Shown here piece after piece: positions 60,703 through 64,000 of a stretch of 64,000 bases of DNA. Positions within the stretch are counted from its first letter, which is position 1. Each line of letters starts with the position of its first letter. Origin of the DNA: an uncultured virus (IMG/VR IMGVR_UViG_3300042887_002641) (taxonomy: Duplodnaviria; Heunggongvirae; Uroviricota; Caudoviricetes); IMG/VR virus record IMGVR_UViG_3300042887_002641, positions 1 through 64,000 of that record; one strand, given 5' to 3'. The notes beneath the pieces were generated by a model. It did not search any database. It saw nothing but the letters and a program-made list of their open reading frames with translations, and had not been told where the DNA came from. The position numbers and the translations under genes were made by a program.

Positions 60703-61257
60703 TTATGCTGGTACTTCTTCGAACGTAGCCTTTATGGAAAAGTTATTAAAAAATGGATTAGATGAACTCCATCTTCTACAAACAAATAGCTTGGCATCAG
60801 TTGATGCAACTGAATAAGGCGCAGATGGGTAGTAAATGAAAGCTGTTTTCGCAGATCTAGCACTTAAAAAGTGCAGTATTGCAGTACATTCATCTAGAGT
60901 TAATCCATCAAAGTTTAATTCAAAATTAAGAAGATTAAAGTTTATTTGATCGCTAACTCTCTTTTCGTATCCATCTCCATATTTTATTACATTAACTTTG
61001 GGATCAAAATTTGCTTGAGTTTGATAAGAAGGCTTCCAAATAAACAAAGGGTAGTCTTTCTTGACGACTGGGTGTTGAAAATATCCTCCCCAGTAAGCAT
61101 CAGTATTAGAGATTACATTAGAATAGACTGGAGGATTATTTGTGGGTACGCCAGCTTTGGCATAATAGTATCGATTATCTGTATACACAATAATGTCATG
61201 CTTATTGTATGCGACAGAATTGCTCCATGAGCTAATATTAAAAATTGAACTAGACAT
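60703..61257 (-). CDS. Minor (distal) tail protein, lambda gpM-like
   Basis: F.WKPS...KYGDGYEKR...IN...F.L.F...I..FL...AF...ATFEEV. Confidence 0.85.
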   Translation of the reverse strand: MSSSIFNISSWSNSVAYNKHDIIVYTDNRYYYAKAGVPTNNPPVYSNVISNTDAYWGGYFQHPVVKKDYPLFIWKPSYQTQANFDPKVNVIKYGDGYEKRVSDQINFNLLNFELNFDGLTLDECTAILHFLSARSAKTAFIYYPSAPYSVASTDAKLFVCRRWSSSNPFFNNFSIKATFEEVPA

Positions 61258-61277
61258 ACCTTTTACCTTTTACCAAC

Positions 61278-61307
61278 TTATTATTACACTTTTTTGTGTA
61301 AATAATA
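61278..61307. promoter_or_regulatory. Back-to-back divergent putative promoters
   Basis: - strand GTGTAATAATAA (61289-61278) and + strand GTGTAAATAATA (61296-61307), separated by a T6 run. Confidence 0.65.
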
Positions 61308-61314
61308 AAATAAG

Positions 61315-62133
61315 ATGGCATTATCTCGACTAAATAAGCAGAACTTGGATTTTTACTTGAATCAAAGCCAAGTTCATGGCGTTCAGGAGATTCAGGCTTC
61401 CTATCAAATGCCAGTTCAACATACCAAATATCTTGGTATGAATAGCAGCTTTTACACTCCAGAAGGAGCAAAGGCTGCTAATTTGTCTGTGACTAGTTTA
61501 TTAACAACGTCCAATGATTTTCTTGGTTGCACAGGGGAAGCTGGAAATTATGGCTTCGTAACCAAGAAGGCTAATCCTAGTTCTAATATCCTATTTGGAT
61601 TTCAAAGTGGATATTTAACTTCTTATACTTGCGGTGCCCAAATCGGAGAAATTCCTACTGTTAGAGCAGATTTTCAAATTTTTAATGATGCTGGTTCAAT
61701 TTCTTCGGCGGGTTCTTTTAATCAAACTAGCTCAACAGCATTGGTAAACTCAAACACTATTGATATAGGAATAAATGATTTCACAACAAATAGAGTCAAT
61801 TCTTTCAATTTAAGCATAGCAGTTAATAGAAATCCCGCCTATTACTTAGGCTCTTCCACTCCTTTTTCTGTTAAAAGTATTTACCCTCTTGAAGTGAGTT
61901 GTGATTTTAATATAGCTCAAGACAACTATGTGCTTCAAAAGCTGTCTGATTTGTCTTATAACTTGAAGAATATAAGTAATTTTTATATTAACACTAAAGA
62001 TTTTAATGGTAATTCAGTAAACTTTAATTTTGGAAGTTCGTTATGTTATTTCATTGACGTTTCCGAAGACTTCTCTGCTAGTGTAAATTCTCCTGTAGGA
62101 ATAACGGTAAGGTACAGGGGCTATCTGAAATAA
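61315..62133 (+). CDS. Tail-tube-fold protein (tube initiator/baseplate-like)
   Basis: FQSGYLTSY.CGAQIGEIP, SFNLSIAVNRNPAYYLGS and YPLEVSCDF align by eye with the tube genes (GFLTNYSINAAVGDFP, NFSISMGLNRTPLQKIGS, FPVTVTLS). Confidence 0.6.
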   Translation: MALSRLNKQNLDFYLNQSQVHGVQEIQASYQMPVQHTKYLGMNSSFYTPEGAKAANLSVTSLLTTSNDFLGCTGEAGNYGFVTKKANPSSNILFGFQSGYLTSYTCGAQIGEIPTVRADFQIFNDAGSISSAGSFNQTSSTALVNSNTIDIGINDFTTNRVNSFNLSIAVNRNPAYYLGSSTPFSVKSIYPLEVSCDFNIAQDNYVLQKLSDLSYNLKNISNFYINTKDFNGNSVNFNFGSSLCYFIDVSEDFSASVNSPVGITVRYRGYLK

Positions 62134-62142
62134 GGCAAAAGG

Positions 62143-62946
62143 ATGAAATATTTTAATGAGTGTGAAGTAATATTTAATTCGCGTTTTGGGTCAGGACTAG
62201 TTCTGGCTCAGAATACTTCTATTGGAGTAAATAGAAACATAAATTCTACTTATGTAATCGGAAGACAAAACTCGTCTCAGATGTTTAAAACTAAAGCAGA
62301 TGAGACTAATATTGAGTTTACTTATTTTCCAAACATCTCTGATCCTATATATAAATGTTTCGATTACATAAAAACAGGAATTTTTACTGGTAGCTTTCCT
62401 GAAGCAGTTGTTCCTGTTCAGGTTGTTTTGGCAGGGGTAAGTGGGTCTTTTTATCCTTCTAGATATTCATTGACAGTAAATCCTAATTCAAAAGTACAAG
62501 CTTCTGTTTCTCTTTCTAGTTTTTCTAATCTTTCTGGAAGTATTAATGACAAAACTGCAATTAATAATTTAGCCAGCGGATCAGGCATAGCTCATTCGTG
62601 GAATGCTAAAGTCTCAGGAACAGCCGCTCTTTATAATGTTTTAGACTTCAACTACGGCATCTCTATCAACTGGAATCCAATTTATTCAGTCGGTCAACAA
62701 AGACCAAGACAAGTTGATTTGTCCGCTGGAGAAGAAACGTTTGATTTTACTGTAGAAAATTTTAATTCAAATTTCTCTAACGCAGACTTATCAACAGCAG
62801 AAAACGCCAAGATAAACATAACTACTTTTGGCGATCAATCAATAATGATTATCAACACTTCAGGAAGTAAGATTGACTCTTCCAATCTATCAATTAATAT
62901 TGACGATTTCGCTAAAAATAAAATATCATTAAAAAGGAGTTTCTAA
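62143..62946 (+). CDS. Tail-tube-fold protein
   Basis: Two loop motifs (NRNINSTYVIG and INWNPIYSVG) like those of the neighbouring tube-fold genes. Confidence 0.55.
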   Translation: MKYFNECEVIFNSRFGSGLVLAQNTSIGVNRNINSTYVIGRQNSSQMFKTKADETNIEFTYFPNISDPIYKCFDYIKTGIFTGSFPEAVVPVQVVLAGVSGSFYPSRYSLTVNPNSKVQASVSLSSFSNLSGSINDKTAINNLASGSGIAHSWNAKVSGTAALYNVLDFNYGISINWNPIYSVGQQRPRQVDLSAGEETFDFTVENFNSNFSNADLSTAENAKINITTFGDQSIMIINTSGSKIDSSNLSINIDDFAKNKISLKRSF

Positions 62947-64000
62947 ATGTTTTTCAACTATAAAAATTGCACATTTAAGCTAAGTGGCGTAGACATACTA
63001 GCCACTAATGTAAATATGTCTCTTGATTCAAGTAACACTCCTGTTTATAATGAAGAATTTAAAAAGAACTCTTATACATATTCTCCAGAAGATACAGTAG
63101 ATACAAGTTTTTCTATTTCTTATTACTTGACAGGAAAAGACTTTGTTAAGGAATATCTTTTAGGCGCAAATTCTGAGCAGGGTATTTCTGGAAATTTTTG
63201 TGGTCTATATTTCCAAAGTGGTTACGTTACAAGCTATTCTATAAAAGGGTCTCCAGATTCTTTAGCTAAAGTAGATCTTGAGCTTAAAGTTTTTGAAACA
63301 TTAAAAGGCTCTTTTTCTCCTACTGCCCCGGCCAATGTGCCAGAAATTACACCCTTAAATTTTTCAAATTTTTATCTGTCTGGAAATCTAGATGGTACTG
63401 CTTTTGATTCTAACGGTTATAATTTTACAAATTTTAGCTATCAATACCAAAGAGAGGTCCAGAAGTACAATAAAGAAGGAGCTTCTACTTTTGATCAAAG
63501 CGGTAGGGCTTATCTTGGAAAGAGGTCTCAATCGGTTTCTTTTGAGATAGATAACTTTAATGTTTCTCTCCCATATTCTGGAGTTCCTTGCGACTTTTAT
63601 ATTTCGCTTCAAACAGGGGCAGTTCCTCTTGATACATTGTCTTTTGCGGGAATAATTTCCTCTAAAAGATCTTCTGTCGAGTCTCAAGGATACATAAGAT
63701 CTGAGTTTTCTTTAAAACAAGACTTCTCGCATTTTAGACCAGCAATAACTGATTTCACTCCAAGAGTTATATTGCCCGGAGCCACCGTGACAATAAATGG
63801 AAGTAATTTTATAAACGTTAAAAGGATTCTTTTTGGAAACACAGAGGCAGCTTCTTTTACTCCGGTTTCTACTTCTTTGCTTACTGCGGTTGCTCCTACA
63901 AGTTTAAAAGGTGCTGCTGCTATTTTCATAGAGACAGAAGAGACGACTTCTTCTTCTATTTTTAACTTTAAAACAAGTGTATCTGTTAATGATATAAGAT
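62947..64000 (+). CDS. 3'-truncated tube-fold protein with an IPT/TIG domain (missing from the ORF track)
   Basis: ATG 62947 opens a frame running off the window: MFFNYKNCTF...FQSGYVTSYS..., then PAITDFTP...PGATVTINGSNF..V..I.FG...VSTSLLTAVAP (IPT/TIG). Confidence 0.75.
   Translation, partial: MFFNYKNCTFKLSGVDILATNVNMSLDSSNTPVYNEEFKKNSYTYSPEDTVDTSFSISYYLTGKDFVKEYLLGANSEQGISGNFCGLYFQSGYVTSYSIKGSPDSLAKVDLELKVFETLKGSFSPTAPANVPEITPLNFSNFYLSGNLDGTAFDSNGYNFTNFSYQYQREVQKYNKEGASTFDQSGRAYLGKRSQSVSFEIDNFNVSLPYSGVPCDFYISLQTGAVPLDTLSFAGIISSKRSSVESQGYIRSEFSLKQDFSHFRPAITDFTPRVILPGATVTINGSNFINVKRILFGNTEAASFTPVSTSLLTAVAPTSLKGAAAIFIETEETTSSSIFNFKTSVSVNDIR

Noticed and set aside
48458..61315. Invertible (phase-variable) segment
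   Set aside because: I saw no inverted repeats at the two ends and no recombinase in the window, and the left boundary lies within overlapping coding sequence.
539..63929. Short antisense or off-frame ORFs in the track (e.g. 2194-2673, 2860-3252, 13173-13493, 57536-57988, 63388-63929)
   Set aside because: They lie within well-supported genes, read like reverse-frame shadows, and have no recognisable motifs.
1..64000. Stop-codon reassignment, as in some large phages
   Set aside because: Multi-kilobase ORFs are intact and tightly packed in the standard code, and TAA, TGA (1920, 31695) and TAG (58079) all end genes.
1..64000. tRNA or structured ncRNA genes
   Set aside because: Intergenic gaps are at most about 100 nt and are accounted for by terminators, promoter motifs and RBSs.

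Overview
The window is the virion morphogenesis region of a large, AT-rich tailed dsDNA phage with a siphovirus-type, lambda-like tail tip, read in the standard genetic code. The + strand carries a head cluster (small basic head-associated proteins, a ferritin/Dps-like protein, protease-scaffold, decoration protein, major capsid protein), two giant GxVGIGT-repeat fibre genes, three LamG-type proteins, an Ig protein, neck genes, two tail-tube paralogues, two chaperone-position genes and a 3623-aa tape measure protein (TMP). An inverted - strand operon encodes lambda M-L-K-K-I-J homologues, and a divergent + strand operon encodes three more tube-fold proteins. The most striking feature is inside the TMP: about 1300 aa of its middle is cut into modules by a repeated G[FYH]IPNF linker. 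These modules carry motifs of a PD-(D/E)xK nuclease, a GHKL ATPase plus HExxH metallopeptidase, and a protein kinase, which suggests the TMP delivers enzymatic effectors into the host. Also visible are a recurring RTGTAWWWAT putative late promoter, intrinsic terminators, apparent avoidance of CCWGG and CTGCAG, and DNA cassettes shared between the fibre genes. All calls come from reading motifs and gene order by eye; no searches were run.
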